A stretch of 63,876 nucleotides of DNA, the filler included, from Reclinomonas americana ATCC 50394 (Eukaryota), in assembly GCA_048213135.1 (NCBI GenBank). It is 16 parts of 16 records of this genome, joined end to end, with 100 filler letters (N's around TTAATTAATTAA, not from the genome) between each part and the next. Parts side by side here need not be neighbours in the genome. Positions count along the whole stretch, not along the records: positions 42,692 to 46,798 come from AFZH01017862.1; positions 46,899 to 58,871 come from AFZH01017863.1; 14 more parts are not named here. One strand, written 5' to 3'. The notes under the pieces were generated by a model. That model was not told the origin of the DNA and made no database searches. It was given only the letters and a program-made list of their open reading frames with translations. The translations under genes were made by a program, and so were the position numbers. Shown piece by piece: positions 46,081-58,000 of this stretch. Numbering within the stretch: position 1 is the first letter of the stretch; every line of letters begins with the position of its first letter.

Positions 46081-46929
46081 ATGGTGTTCAGCTTGGCAAT
46101 TGTCGCTCGTCGCATGGCACTGGTGAGTGCGAGAGAGAGAGAGTGAGAGACAGTGCATGTGAGGAGTGAGACACAGAGATTGATATCAGTGTGCTGTCTC
46201 TCTCACTCTCCGTGTGTATGTGTCTCTGTGTGTGTACGCATGCCAGAGAGAACTGTGCTGTGTGTGTGTGTGTGCGTAACGCGTGCATCCACATTATCGT
46301 ATCTCTCTCTCACACACAGCGCGTCACACTCGCATCTTCTTGCGCGCTGCATCCCGCCTTTCCCACTCTCTCACTCTCTCTGTCTCTCCGTCTCTCCACT
46401 TCTCTCTCCCCCACTCCATGTCTCTGTCTCTGTGCGCGTGCGTGTGCACCATGGTCAGCGCCATTGCCACTCACGCGCTCATCCGCAGGCGCCCAGTGCA
46501 TCCGTGTTCAGGTCAAGTGTCGTACCTGCCATGTACATGAGCACCAAGGCTGTGAGTTGCGTCCATGTACGCAACAGAAGGAGAGGACGAACATTGTTTG
46601 TGATTGATTGTGATGAAATGCAGAGCATCCGCTGAGCAGCAAGCTGGAGCATGCACGAAAGGAGCTGCTCTCCACCGACTGGTGCGACATCTACTCTCTC
46701 TCTCTCTCCTCCTATCTCTCTGTCGTCTGACTGTGCGGCCAACAGGAGCGATCTGGATGATTTGGTGCTGGAGGATGCCGACAAGGCGTTGCAGCAGGNN
46801 NNNNNNNNNNNNNNNNNNNNNNNNNNNNNNNNNNNNNNNNNNTTAATTAATTAANNNNNNNNNNNNNNNNNNNNNNNNNNNNNNNNNNNNNNNNNNNNCT
46901 ACTCGCTCCCTCCCCCCCCCTCCCCCTCC

Positions 46930-46964
<35 letters not shown>

Positions 46965-47372
46965 GCACACACACACACACTCTCTCTCTCTCTCTCCCTT
47001 TCTCTCTGTCCGTATCTCCTCCCTTGTCTTCCCTCCTCTCCCTCCCCTCTCCCTCCCTCTCCTCCCCTCCCCTGCGCTGACACACGCGGTGTTTGCAGAT
47101 GTCTCGCAGGAGCAGCAAAACGAAATCACGGCCATCTTTAAGGAGTTTGAGCGAATGGTGCACACGGTACCCACCGATGTGGAGCACAAGTTCAACAAGG
47201 ACGTGGGTCGCCAGGTTCGCTTGTTCATCTCTCTCTCTCTCTCTCTTGCTGGCCTCTGTGCAGCTCACAAATGAGGTTGTCGACGACACAGCTGGTGGTC
47301 TTCAAGTCCATGGTGAACATGCCCAACTTCCGTGCCTCGTTCGACTTCAAGGGACCCGAAATCCGCACGTGA
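46081..47372 (+). CDS. Mitochondrial protein resembling plant-type succinate dehydrogenase subunit 5
   Basis: Presequence MVFSLAIVARRMAL|APSASVFRSS..., then LEHARKELLSTDWSDLDDLVLEDADKAL and, after the gap, NEITAIFKEFERMV...VEHKFNKDVGRQ|LVVFK. Both blocks follow the pattern of plant SDH5 as I recall it. Confidence 0.55.
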
Positions 47373-47510
47373 GGATCTCGTGCAGCACCTGCCTCTTCGT
47401 TTCCCGGGTGCGACTAGCAACCCGAGTAGCAATGGCAACGAGAAAAACAATGCAGTGCTGACGGTTAATGTGTGTGTGTGTGTCGTATTGAGTTGTTTTT
47501 CTTCAATTTT

Positions 47511-50500
47511 TCAGCTGCCACCAAGAAGACGCAGAGCCAAAGCCTCCTGCTCGGCAAGCGACGACGCAGACGCGGTCTTGGCTCGTTTCTTCGGTGGCTG
47601 CTCCTGTTGCTTCTTCGGGGCCGGCTTGGCTGCTCCCTTCTTGCTCACAGTCTGCCGTCTCCTCCTCCTCCTCGGATCCTCGTCCTCTTCGTCCTCATCA
47701 CTGCCCTCCTCCTCAATGGCACGCTTCCGTTGCAGCTCCAGCGGCTCAATGTCCTCGCTGTCTTCCGAGTCGTACGAAGACAGGTCGGACGAGTTCACCA
47801 TCTCAATGCCACCGTCGTCGTCGTCGTCATCGTCGTCTTCATCCTCGCTGTCGTCGCTGGGCCCGAGTACAACCACAGGATCATCGTCGCGACCGAGGCC
47901 GAGTGCCTCGCGTGTCGCCGCCCGGTCCTTTTGCTTGCGCTTGTGGCGCTGCTCGCGCAATCGCTGCTTCTCGCGGTCGATATCTTCGTGGTCGCGCTCT
48001 CGCAACTTTTCGCGCACTTGCTGCTGGTACACCGCGCGCTCTTTCTCCAGCTCCGTCTGCGACACGCAAAAGAACGAGACATGAGTTTTCTCTCGCCTCC
48101 ACTTCATCAAGCACACTCTCTGACACACATACCTCATCGGCCATGGTCTTGGCCTCCATCGGGTTTCCGTCTTCGTCAAATACACGGCGCTGATTGAAAC
48201 TCTGGCTGCCGCGCAGCTTGAGCTTCTTCTTGGCGCGCGCCCGCTCCAGCATCAGTTGCTCAATCGTGGCACCCTCATCGTCACCCTGCGCGCCATCCTC
48301 CCCCTCATCCTCCTCCATCGGCTTTTCCTTCTTCTTGTTCTTCGGCACCAGGAAGTCAGCACCTGCAGCAGCAGCACCATCACCAACATCAGAGATTAGC
48401 CAAACGCCTTGCTAACTCGCGCCATTCCATAGAAAAAAGGAAGGGAAAGGGCAGGACAGAAAATGAGGAGGAAAGGAATCTCCCAAGGTGTCTGACCCCT
48501 GCACGACACTGGTAGACGGCAGCGGAATTCTCCTTGGTTTAGGTTTTCATGCAATGCAGAACAGTCGTCTTTTCGAAACACTCACACTCACACGTACCAT
48601 CACTGTCTTCGTCCTCCGATGCCTGCAGCGCCTCCTGCAGTGGTCTCAAGTCCTCCGACACAAACTCCGCCGTTTTGCGGTTTAGTGACTGCAGTCCACT
48701 CGCCTCTCCGTCGGCCGCCATCTCAATGTCCATCAGCGTCTTTTTGAAGTTCTTCTCCTTTAGTTTTGCACCCTGCAGAGATCGTCGCGTGAGTCCACAC
48801 CGTCTCTCGACTCTCTCCCGCAGCACCACTCCACAAACCTTCTTCAACGAGTTCACCGCCGGCACCACACTCAGCCCTAATGAGTACGCAAACTCGGCCG
48901 TGTTGATGGCGTCCACAGAGAAAACATTCTTGTTGGGTTGCACATAGATTCTTCGCAGGTACGACGTGAAAGCCTACGCGAGAGACTCGTCAGGGCGAGC
49001 GTAACAAGACAAACATTTTCTCTTCTCACACACACTCACCTTCTGAGCCATAAACTTCAAGTCCTTGTCATCCACCACCAGACTCGTGAGCTTGGTGCGA
49101 ATAGGCGTAATCTTGCCGTGATTCATCGCCACCGGCTTGAGCGGAATCTCTCGCTGGAGAATCTCGTCCACCATCGGCCGCTCCGACTCGGTGAGGAACA
49201 TGAGTGCCTGGCCACCGTTTACATATCGCGCAGTGCGACCCACGCGATGAACGTACATGTCCACATCCTGGCACGAACACAGAATGAGTGCATAGAACGA
49301 TTGAACCAGATGGCCCCACTGGCACTCCATCACTCACCTCTGGGCAATCGTACTGCAACACCCAATCCACTTGCGCGAAATCGAGACCACGTGCAGCAAT
49401 GTCGGTGGCAAACAGCACCGCTCCGACACCACTGTCCTCCTTCTTCCGGTCACAGAACGTCTTGTACACCGCCAGTCGCTTCATCTGTTTCAACTTGCCC
49501 GACAACTCCAGCACCGGCATGCCCACACGCAGCTTTGTGAAAGAATGGTGCATGAACCGCACCTGCATCAACACATACATATGAATGAGTGAGCTGCCAC
49601 TGCCTCTCCACTCCTTGCTCTCTCTCTCTCTCACCTGTCGGCAAGTGGCGAAAAACACAATAATCTTGGCCTTGATGTGGGTGCGCAAGAAGGAAAACAG
49701 CACCGTCGGCTTCTCCTCCAGCGGCACCACCATGAACCGCTGCGCCAGCAGCGTTGGTGTGGCCGTCGTTCCGGAGGCGTTCTCGTCGGTGCTCGTGTGC
49801 TCGGGCTGATACAGCGAGAGACGCGCCAGGTCGCGCACCGACTTGGTCTGCGTGGCCGAAAAGAGCAGCGTCTGCCGCCGTGGTGGCTTCGGTACGTGCT
49901 CCACAATGGCGTTGAGTGTGCGCGCAAAACCCAGATCCAGACACCGATCGGCCTCGTCCAGAATCAACAGGCGCATGCTCTCGCATCTGCGTCAATCGCC
50001 AACAACAACAGCAGTCGTGAGCTCACAGTGGTTGACACTTTCACGTATCGCGCAAGCGCACCTGAAAGTCGGCGTCTCGTCCATGTGCTGCAGCAGACGA
50101 CCGGGCGTGCCCACCAGAATGTTCATCCGTTCAATGCGCTCCTTCTCTTCGTCCACGTCCTTGCCACCAATCACCAGACCCGCCGACAGATCGTGGTAGC
50201 AGCCGACACGCGAAAACACCTCAAAGATCTGCAGCGCCAGCTCGCGTGTCGGACTGATGATGATCGCACCCAGTCCATCCACCCGACTCCAGCGCAGACG
50301 GTACAACGCCTCCAGCACCTATTCATCGCCACACGCGCAGCGAGTCAGCGACGGCCAAGAGCAACGCAAGGATCCAGAAGGCGACAGACCGGAATGACAA
50401 AGGCCAGTGTCTTGCCGGAGCCTGTGCGTGCCGCGCCGAGCACATCGCGTCCCGCAAGCGCATGCGGAATGGAGGCCATCTGGATCTCGGTCATCTCCAC

Positions 50501-50968
50501 GTATCCGGCCTTGCGCAAACCTGAAGCAGCCACCTCGTCAATCAACAGATTACGTCACACTCACACTCTCGCACTCTGGTTAACTCACCGGCCTTGGTGC
50601 GTTCCGAGATCGGCAGCTCCTCAAACAGTGTCGCGCTGCCTCGCGTCTGCAGATGGTGGCAAGTCACGGGTGAGACAAGTGCACATTCACATCACGGCGG
50701 CCATGCGCATGAGCACCACCACACGCACTCCCCCCCCCTCTCTCACACACACATATCAACGCACCCCGCGCGGTGGTGCCTCCTTGATCACCCGCTCCTC
50801 CAGCTCCGCACTCTCCTCGACCACACCAGGGAACGAAGGGCGCTTCTTCCCCGGCTTACTGCCTTGGTACGGACGCTGTGTGGCTGTGGCTGACGCATCC
50901 TTCTTTTGCGTCACCTGCTTCTGCTGCTTCTCACGCTCCCTCTTACGCGCTGTCCACGTCTTTGGCAT
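47511..50968 (-). CDS. DDX10: DEAD-box RNA helicase DDX10/Dbp4
   Basis: MTEIQ...[107 protein letters not shown]-terminal [11 protein letters not shown] and [12 protein letters not shown]. Confidence 0.95.
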
Positions 50969-51063
50969 GGTCTCTCTCTTTCTGGCGTTTTTTGTTGGCG
51001 TCGGACACGCCACAGCGGGACACATGCGAAGTCTCTTTGCAACAAACTTTTGTGAGCGACACG

Positions 51064-52263
51064 ATGAGCGGAAAGCGGTCTGTGATCTATGGCACCGAGT
51101 ACCAAAAGGTCAGTGTCTGCCTCTCTCTCTGTATGTTCGTGTGTGTGCGATTGAAGACTCACACACTGCACGTGTGTGTGTGCGAGGATTGCGCAGCGCG
51201 GAGAAAAGACAGAGTGGGAAGGTGTGTGTGCGCGCTGCTCTCACTTTCCGCGCGTTTACACACGCACTCACTGCTCTCTCTCTGTTGCGCAGATGCGCTG
51301 GTGAAGCACGGCGTCATCGAGGCATCGCATCACTCCTCTGATGTTGCGCTCGTTGTGCTTGCTGCATTGCGCGATCCATTTTTCTGCAAACTGCTCATGA
51401 GGGGTGTGTGTGTGTGCAGGATGAGAGTGAGGAAGAGGAGCTGAGTGCGGCGGATCGCCGTCACGCCGAGCTGGCCGGCTCGTCGTTGGCCAAGCTGGAG
51501 GAGATGGAGGATGAGATCAAGGATGAGGTAATAATAATATCTTTTTTCATCGTCCGCCGGTCCCTGCCAGCATCCGCCTCACGTGTTTTGCAGGAGGAGG
51601 ACGAGTACGAGGCACTGAAGCGCAAGCGACGACAGCAGCTGATGCAGCAAAAGGAGCGCAGTCGATATGGCGAGCTTGCGTGGATCACTCAGCAGGTTCC
51701 GTGATGTGCCCAATGGCCCCTCGCGTGCGTGCACTCATCGTCGTCATTGCAGGAGTTCACAAAGGAGGTCACCGAGGCCAGCAAGCAGCCGGGCGTGTGG
51801 GTCGTCTGCCACCTCTTCAAGGACGGGTGAGCGATAGCGTGCGAGTCGCTGTGAGCGTTGGCACGCCACTGACTGCTGGCGTGTGTGTGGTTGCAGTGTG
51901 CAAGAGTGCAGCTTGCTGAACGAGATCCTGGGCGTGCTGGCGAGAAAGTTCCCCGCGGTCAAGTTCTGTCGCATCATCTCCGAAGACTGCATTCCCAACT
52001 ACCCCGACGCCAACTTGCCCACCATTATCGTGTACCGCGGTGGCGAGGTCGCCGTGCAGTACGTCGGCACGAGTCCGTTTGGTGGCTCCGCCATGACCGC
52101 CGATGGTGAGCCGTGTTGCCGGTGGTGATGGTGATGGCTTTGTCTGACACATTGGGGCGCAGATGTCGAGTGGGAGCTGTCGAGATTGAACGTGGTGCAG
52201 ACGGATCTGGAAACGTGCCCTCACGTGGAGCGTGGAGGCCGCACCAGGATTCGACGCGTATGA
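51064..52263 (+). CDS. Phosducin-like protein (PhLP2/PDCL3 type)
   Basis: TEWE|DALVKHGVI, EFTKEVTEAS...WVVCHLFKDG, LARKFPAVKFCRI...CIPNYPDANLPTIIVY, FGG, DVEWEL. Confidence 0.92.
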
Positions 52264-52373
52264 CCGAACTATCGATCTATCTAGCCATAGGAGGGAACAA
52301 CAAAGGATGCGCATGTGTGCGCGCGCGACACGACCGGAGCATGAAACAACAAACAATTGAAACAGTTTTTTAG

Positions 52374-54939
52374 TTACAGTGTGGAGACGTCGTGCGCGCC
52401 GCTCTCCTTGATTCCAGCGCCCGTGATGCGCACCCACTCGACGTTCTTCTGCATCTCCGAGATCGTCTTGGCGCCACTGTATCGACGACGAGTGAGTGAG
52501 AAACATACACGAGAAGAGGCGGTGTGCAGTCTTCGTCTAAACACACACCAGTAAGAAATGCCACTCCGCAGACCACCGACGAGGTGGCGAATTACGTCGC
52601 TGACATCGCCGCGGTACGGAACCACAGCCTGTGATTGTGCAGTGAGCGTAGGCTCTCCAAAGGAGAGAGAGAGACTGCACAAGCGACAAACCTCCACGCC
52701 CTCTGGCGTCATCTCAAACACGTCTTCGGCGCGCTCACCCGATCGCTCCGCCTGTGAGATACAGAAGAGTGAGATGAGAGCGAGAACCCTGCTGGAGCAA
52801 CAGGCAGCAGTGATGGCAACAAAACCTTGCCCAAATTGGCACCGAGACCGGCCATACCGCGCACAATCTTGACGCGCTTGCCTGCCCATCACATTCACAA
52901 AACAATGCGTGCGTCAGCAAAACAGTTGGCAGTACTGACAGTGAAACACAAGATGTCGAGGGAGGAGAGAGTTGCGTCCCGTCAGAAATTAAAACAAATA
53001 ATTTGATCCACAGACCCGTTGGGTTGTCAAATAGAATTGTCTCATCCTTTGGACTCCACACACACGCACACACACAGTCACTGTGGAAAGACTCACCGCC
53101 CTTGGTCAGCAGCACGCCGGGACTCTGATCGGTGCCGGCCAGTGCGCTGCCGAGCATGCCCGTCGACGCACCGGCGGCAAGTGCCTTGGTCAGATCGCCA
53201 CTGCCACGAATGCCTGCACGCACAGAGTGAGCTCGTGTGTACAAGACACTGGCGCACGCACAGTTGCATGCACACGCACCACCATCGGCAATCAGCGGCA
53301 CGTCATACTCCTTGGCGGCGACGGCGCAATCCATAATGGCGGACAGTTGTGGCACACCGGCGCCCGTCACAATGCGAGTGATGCAAATGGAGCCGGGTCC
53401 CACACCGACCTTGATGCCGTCGGCACCCGCCTTGGCCAGATCGCGCACGCCCTCGGCGGTGCACACGTTGCCGACAATGAGCTGCACGTTGGGGAAGGCC
53501 TTCTTGAAATTCACCGTGGCGTCAATGCCAATGTCGCTGTGTCCGTGCGCAATATCGACCACAATCACGTCGCAGCCGGCCTCAATCAGCAGGCCTGCCC
53601 GCTCCAAATCACTGCCACACGAGTGAGCGACGGGCGGCGAAAAAAACAAGTGAGAAATGCGAGTTTGCACACACCCAGTCTTCACGCCAATGGCGGCGCC
53701 CACTTGCAGCTTGCCGACGGAATCCACCGAGCTGTACGGTCTCAGTTGACGGTTGAGCAAATCCTTGGCCACCACGAGGCCAGTCAACCTGACCACGTTG
53801 TGAGACACAGCACAACAAAAGCACAATGCACATAATCATCATCGCCAACACACAACTTGTTGTCACTGTCGACCAACACCAGCTTCTCGATGCGATGCTC
53901 GGCAAAGAGGCGCTTCGCCTCATCCACCGTCACCTTGTTTGTGGCCGTCACCACTGCGACTGGGGGATGAGTGGCCTGCACCAGCAGAATGCACATGGAC
54001 AACAACAGCGGGCGCAACATCGACTCCGCGGCGTCATCACATCGGCCACCGTCTGCGTGCTGCTCGGCGAGACAAAGCTGCGACCGCACACAACCCATCA
54101 GCGACTGCCAACAAAGAGCGGCAACAGTCTCTCGGTCAACGCACCGCACATCACGATTGGTGACAATGCCGAGCACCCGCTGCGCCGCATCGACCACCAC
54201 AAACGAGGTCACCATGGCGCGCATGCGCTCCATCAGCACGCTAATCGACGTATCGGGACTGATCGTGTACGGGTTCTCGATAATCACCGACTCGGCGCGC
54301 TTCACACGGCGCACCAAGTCCGCCTGATCCTTCGCCGACAAAAACCGATGAATGATACCAATGCCGCCGAGTCGAGCCATGGCCACAGCCATTTCCGATT
54401 CAGTCACCTGCATCACACAAGCAATCTCTGTCAGAGAGCGTGAGGGGAGAGGCAAGAGAGAAGGCGAGAGGAGTCGTGCAACGCACCGTGTCCATGTTGG
54501 ACGACACAATGGGTGTGCGCAGGGCAATGTCGCGCGTGAGACGCGTACTCACATCCGTGTCCTTTCGTGAGCGCACCGGCGAGCGCTTCGGCACCAGCAG
54601 CACGTCTGCAGATGCACATGAGAGTGAGCAAGAAGGCAACGGAGAAGAAGAAGGCGGAGAAAAGTGCGAGACATGCGCATATGCAAACACAAACAGAAAA
54701 GAAAAGCGCATGCATGCACAGAGCAAAGTGCAAGCACATAACAGCCATGAAAGAGCTGCAGCGGTTGAGTTGCACGCACCATCAAACGTGAGACCGACTT
54801 TGATGTCGGCCCATGTCCGCGTCGCCACAGTGGCCAGCGTGCGACGCATGGTCACCGCCGTCCTGCTGCCACTGCTGCTGATGCCCACAAGAGCCGCCAG
54901 CGAGGGCGACCACGTTGCGCGTGCGTACGCGCCAAGCAT
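52374..54939 (-). CDS. IMPDH/GMPR-family enzyme with CBS domains, most likely GMP reductase
   Basis: [26 protein letters not shown] pair, VDIAHGHS, catalytic [16 protein letters not shown], flap [19 protein letters not shown]...PEGVE with no Arg-Tyr dyad, ending [10 protein letters not shown]. Start at ATG 54939 or 54849. Confidence 0.88.
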
Positions 54940-55012
54940 GAAGAGGGAAGCAGATGCCAATCAACTGATCCGACGACGGAAAGGGCCGGAAAGCTACGTT
55001 GCATTCTTGCAG

Positions 55013-58000
55013 ATGGCGCAATGGTTGACTGATAGAGACGAAGCTCAAGTTGCGTGCATGCTCGTGTGAGTGCAAGCCCCTCTCTTGCTCATTTTGTTCT
55101 TGTGTAGATTGTGGAATATGTTCGCTTGCTCGTGTACCCCGATGACATGGATGCGCGACAGCGTGTGGAGGATGCCCTGCAGGCGCTGGAGGGAACTCCT
55201 GGGCTGCTCACGATTCTCTTTGTTGCGTGAATGTGTGTGCATGAAGAGCATTTCGATGTTCTTCTCCTCAACATCAATGTGACAACACAGAACATTGCCA
55301 CGGACGCGACGCTGGGCGATGTGGATGTGCAACTGATGGCGGCGCTGCTGATGAAGACCAACATGTCTCGGCATTGGTACAAGCGACGGGAAGCGTTGCG
55401 TGGTGCTGACTTTGAGCTTGTGAGTCCTCTCGTGGCTGACTGACTGGTGACGTGCAGGAGCCCGATTCCTGCCGAGGAGAAGCAGATGCTGCGGCGAATG
55501 CTGGTGCAGCACATGGAGGAGCCAGATGACAAGGCACCGACGCACTCCTCCCATTCCCCCCATCTTCCTTCCTCAGTCACTCATTTCTGCGGGCAGGTGG
55601 CCATGCATCTGTTCATCCTGCTGTCGAAGATTGCACGCGCCGACTACCCGCTGGAGTGGGAGACGTTGTTTCTTGACCTGCTGGGTAGAATGCAGTCGGC
55701 GCATACGGCGTTGGAGAGGCGTCGGTGCACCATGGCGCTCTATTTTGTGCTGAAGGAGCTGGCCACCAAGACCATTTCGGGTCATCGTGTGCAGTTCCAG
55801 CAGGTGCCGTCTCGCTTCCCCTCCGCCATGCATGTACTCGACGCAAGAAGACTCACTGTGGTGGTAGCTGGCGGTGGACATTTTTGACTGGCTGCACGCG
55901 TCGTGGAAGGAGGCCACGAGTGCGCTATTTGGTGGCTTGCCTCACGGTGCGTGCTGCTGCCTGTCGATTCGTCCACAAGTCTCTCTCCCCAAATATCATC
56001 CTCCTTTCGACAGGCGAGGAAGAGTCGACACTATGGGTGGCACTGTTCACCACCAAGAACATCCGCCGTCTGCTCACCTACGGCTTCTCGTCGCTGACGG
56101 AGCACCCGTCTGTGGAGCAGTTCATGCATGGCCTGTTTGACACGATTCCCAATCTCATGCAACTTCGTTGCGTTGGTCCGTGACATGCAACACGGGAGTG
56201 TACATACACTGACGACAAATGTTATTGTGCAGGTGTGGACAGAATGGCGGCTGGCGCAGCCCCTGATAGCGACCTGGTGGGATACCTCGAGACGATTTGT
56301 CGTGCCACGTTCCGCATCTTCAACAAGGTGCTGCAGCGTCGTTCGTCAGCACTGGAGCCGTTCCTTGTGCCGGCACTTCAGCTCGCATACAATGTGACGG
56401 TGGCACCGGCGGCGTCGCTGTTTGAGGGCCTGTCGGTGGCGGCCATGAATTTCATCAAGGATGTGCTGCTGTGCGCGGTGTACAAGTTGCGACCGTGTGC
56501 GTTGCCATCGTCCTTGGCAAATATACTCACCCAGCTTTCATGCAGACCGCCATCGACCGTGCAGACCGAGGCTGTCGAGCGCCCGCGACAGGGACCCATG
56601 CTGTTGGCGCAATTCTTCACGCCAGAGGTTGCGTCGCGTGCACTCTTTCGCATGTTGCGAATCGCGCCGTTCCATCTCTCACATAGAGTGAGCAGATTGA
56701 GCGACACCTGGTGGAGGTTGCCGTGACATCATTCATGCGGCTGCAAGCGAGTGATCTGGAGATGTGGGAGAAGGATCCGGAGTCGTTCTTCTCGGAGATG
56801 TCGGTCGATGAGTACCAGCTGCGGTGTAGAGTTGCGTCTCGACTGCGCACAATCATGTGCATGCAGGGGAGACATGCTGACTGCGCGATGTGTAGCCTGC
56901 GGCATCTACCATGTTTTCTACGCTGTTGCGAGATTACCACCCCAATCTGGGACCATTCATGGTGGAGACGCTGCAGCAGATTGTCGGCAGTTTCGTCGCG
57001 GAACTCGATTCGTTCACTCTCAGCTGCTCTGTTTATCGCTGACAACTGCGTCATGTGTGTCCACCTCAGGCCAACCGGCCGAAGTGTCACTGGATTACGT
57101 GCTTCTGCGGGATTCCGTGTACTACGCGCTCGGCTGTGCACCGTACGAGTTGGGCTCGTATCTGGACTTTCCGGCGCTTCTCGGTTCCGTGTTCCTGAAC
57201 GACATTTATCAGCGCGATCCACTGTTGCGTCACACATAATATCTCTCTTTCTCTTCCCCCCCTCACATTCTCACGCCCGCATTAAATTGTGTGCAGGTGG
57301 CAGATCCTCCGCCGCCGTGCCGTGTGGCTGTGCTCCGAGTACGTGGAGTTGCTGACCGAGGAGTCGCAAGCGGCACTCTTCCCCGCTCTGGTCGATGTGT
57401 TGATGAGTGGCGACTTGGTGTTGCGCTTGACCGCCGTGCAGACCCTTGGTGACGGTATGAATGGTTAAGAGCGACAAGAAACGGAGGAGTTGGCTGACAG
57501 ATGTGTTTCATCTGCAGTCGTGGAGTATCTCTCGTGCAGCATCGATGCACTGGAGCCGCATGTTGGTCACCTAATGTCGGCCGTCGTGCAGCTGCTGAAG
57601 GACACGGAGGATGCCGACATTAAGTGTCGCCTCTTGAAGGCGGTGGTGGCGCTCACCGAGCGTCTCGAAGACAAGGTGTGTTGATAGTGCGGAAGGTCGT
57701 GATGCTGGCAAGATTTGCTGAGTCCGCTGGCTGTGTCAAACACAGTTTGCGCCCCATGTACCCACGTTGGTGCAACTGCTGCCGGAGTTGTGGGAGCACT
57801 CGGAGGGCTCAAATCTGCTGCGATCGAAAGTGCTGCAGACGTGCAAGCAGCTCGTAGAGGTTGCGTCGCATGTCCTTTGCTCTCATCAGTCGACCCCACT
57901 CTGACAGCATGCTTTCGGGTAGGTGCTTGGCACCGAGTCGGTACAACTGTACGACTTTGTGCTGCCGGCCATTGCGTACGCAGTGGGCGAGGATGAGGAT

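Noticed and set aside
49677..51341. 554-aa plus-strand ORF, and similar long ORFs at 5182-6156, 8165-9412 and 53083-53835
   Set aside because: Antisense shadows of real genes in GC-rich DNA, with no recognisable product.
51322..51419. Apparent GC-AG intron in the phosducin-like gene (GAG|GCATCG)
   Set aside because: An in-frame GTTGCG donor at 51343 explains the junction canonically.
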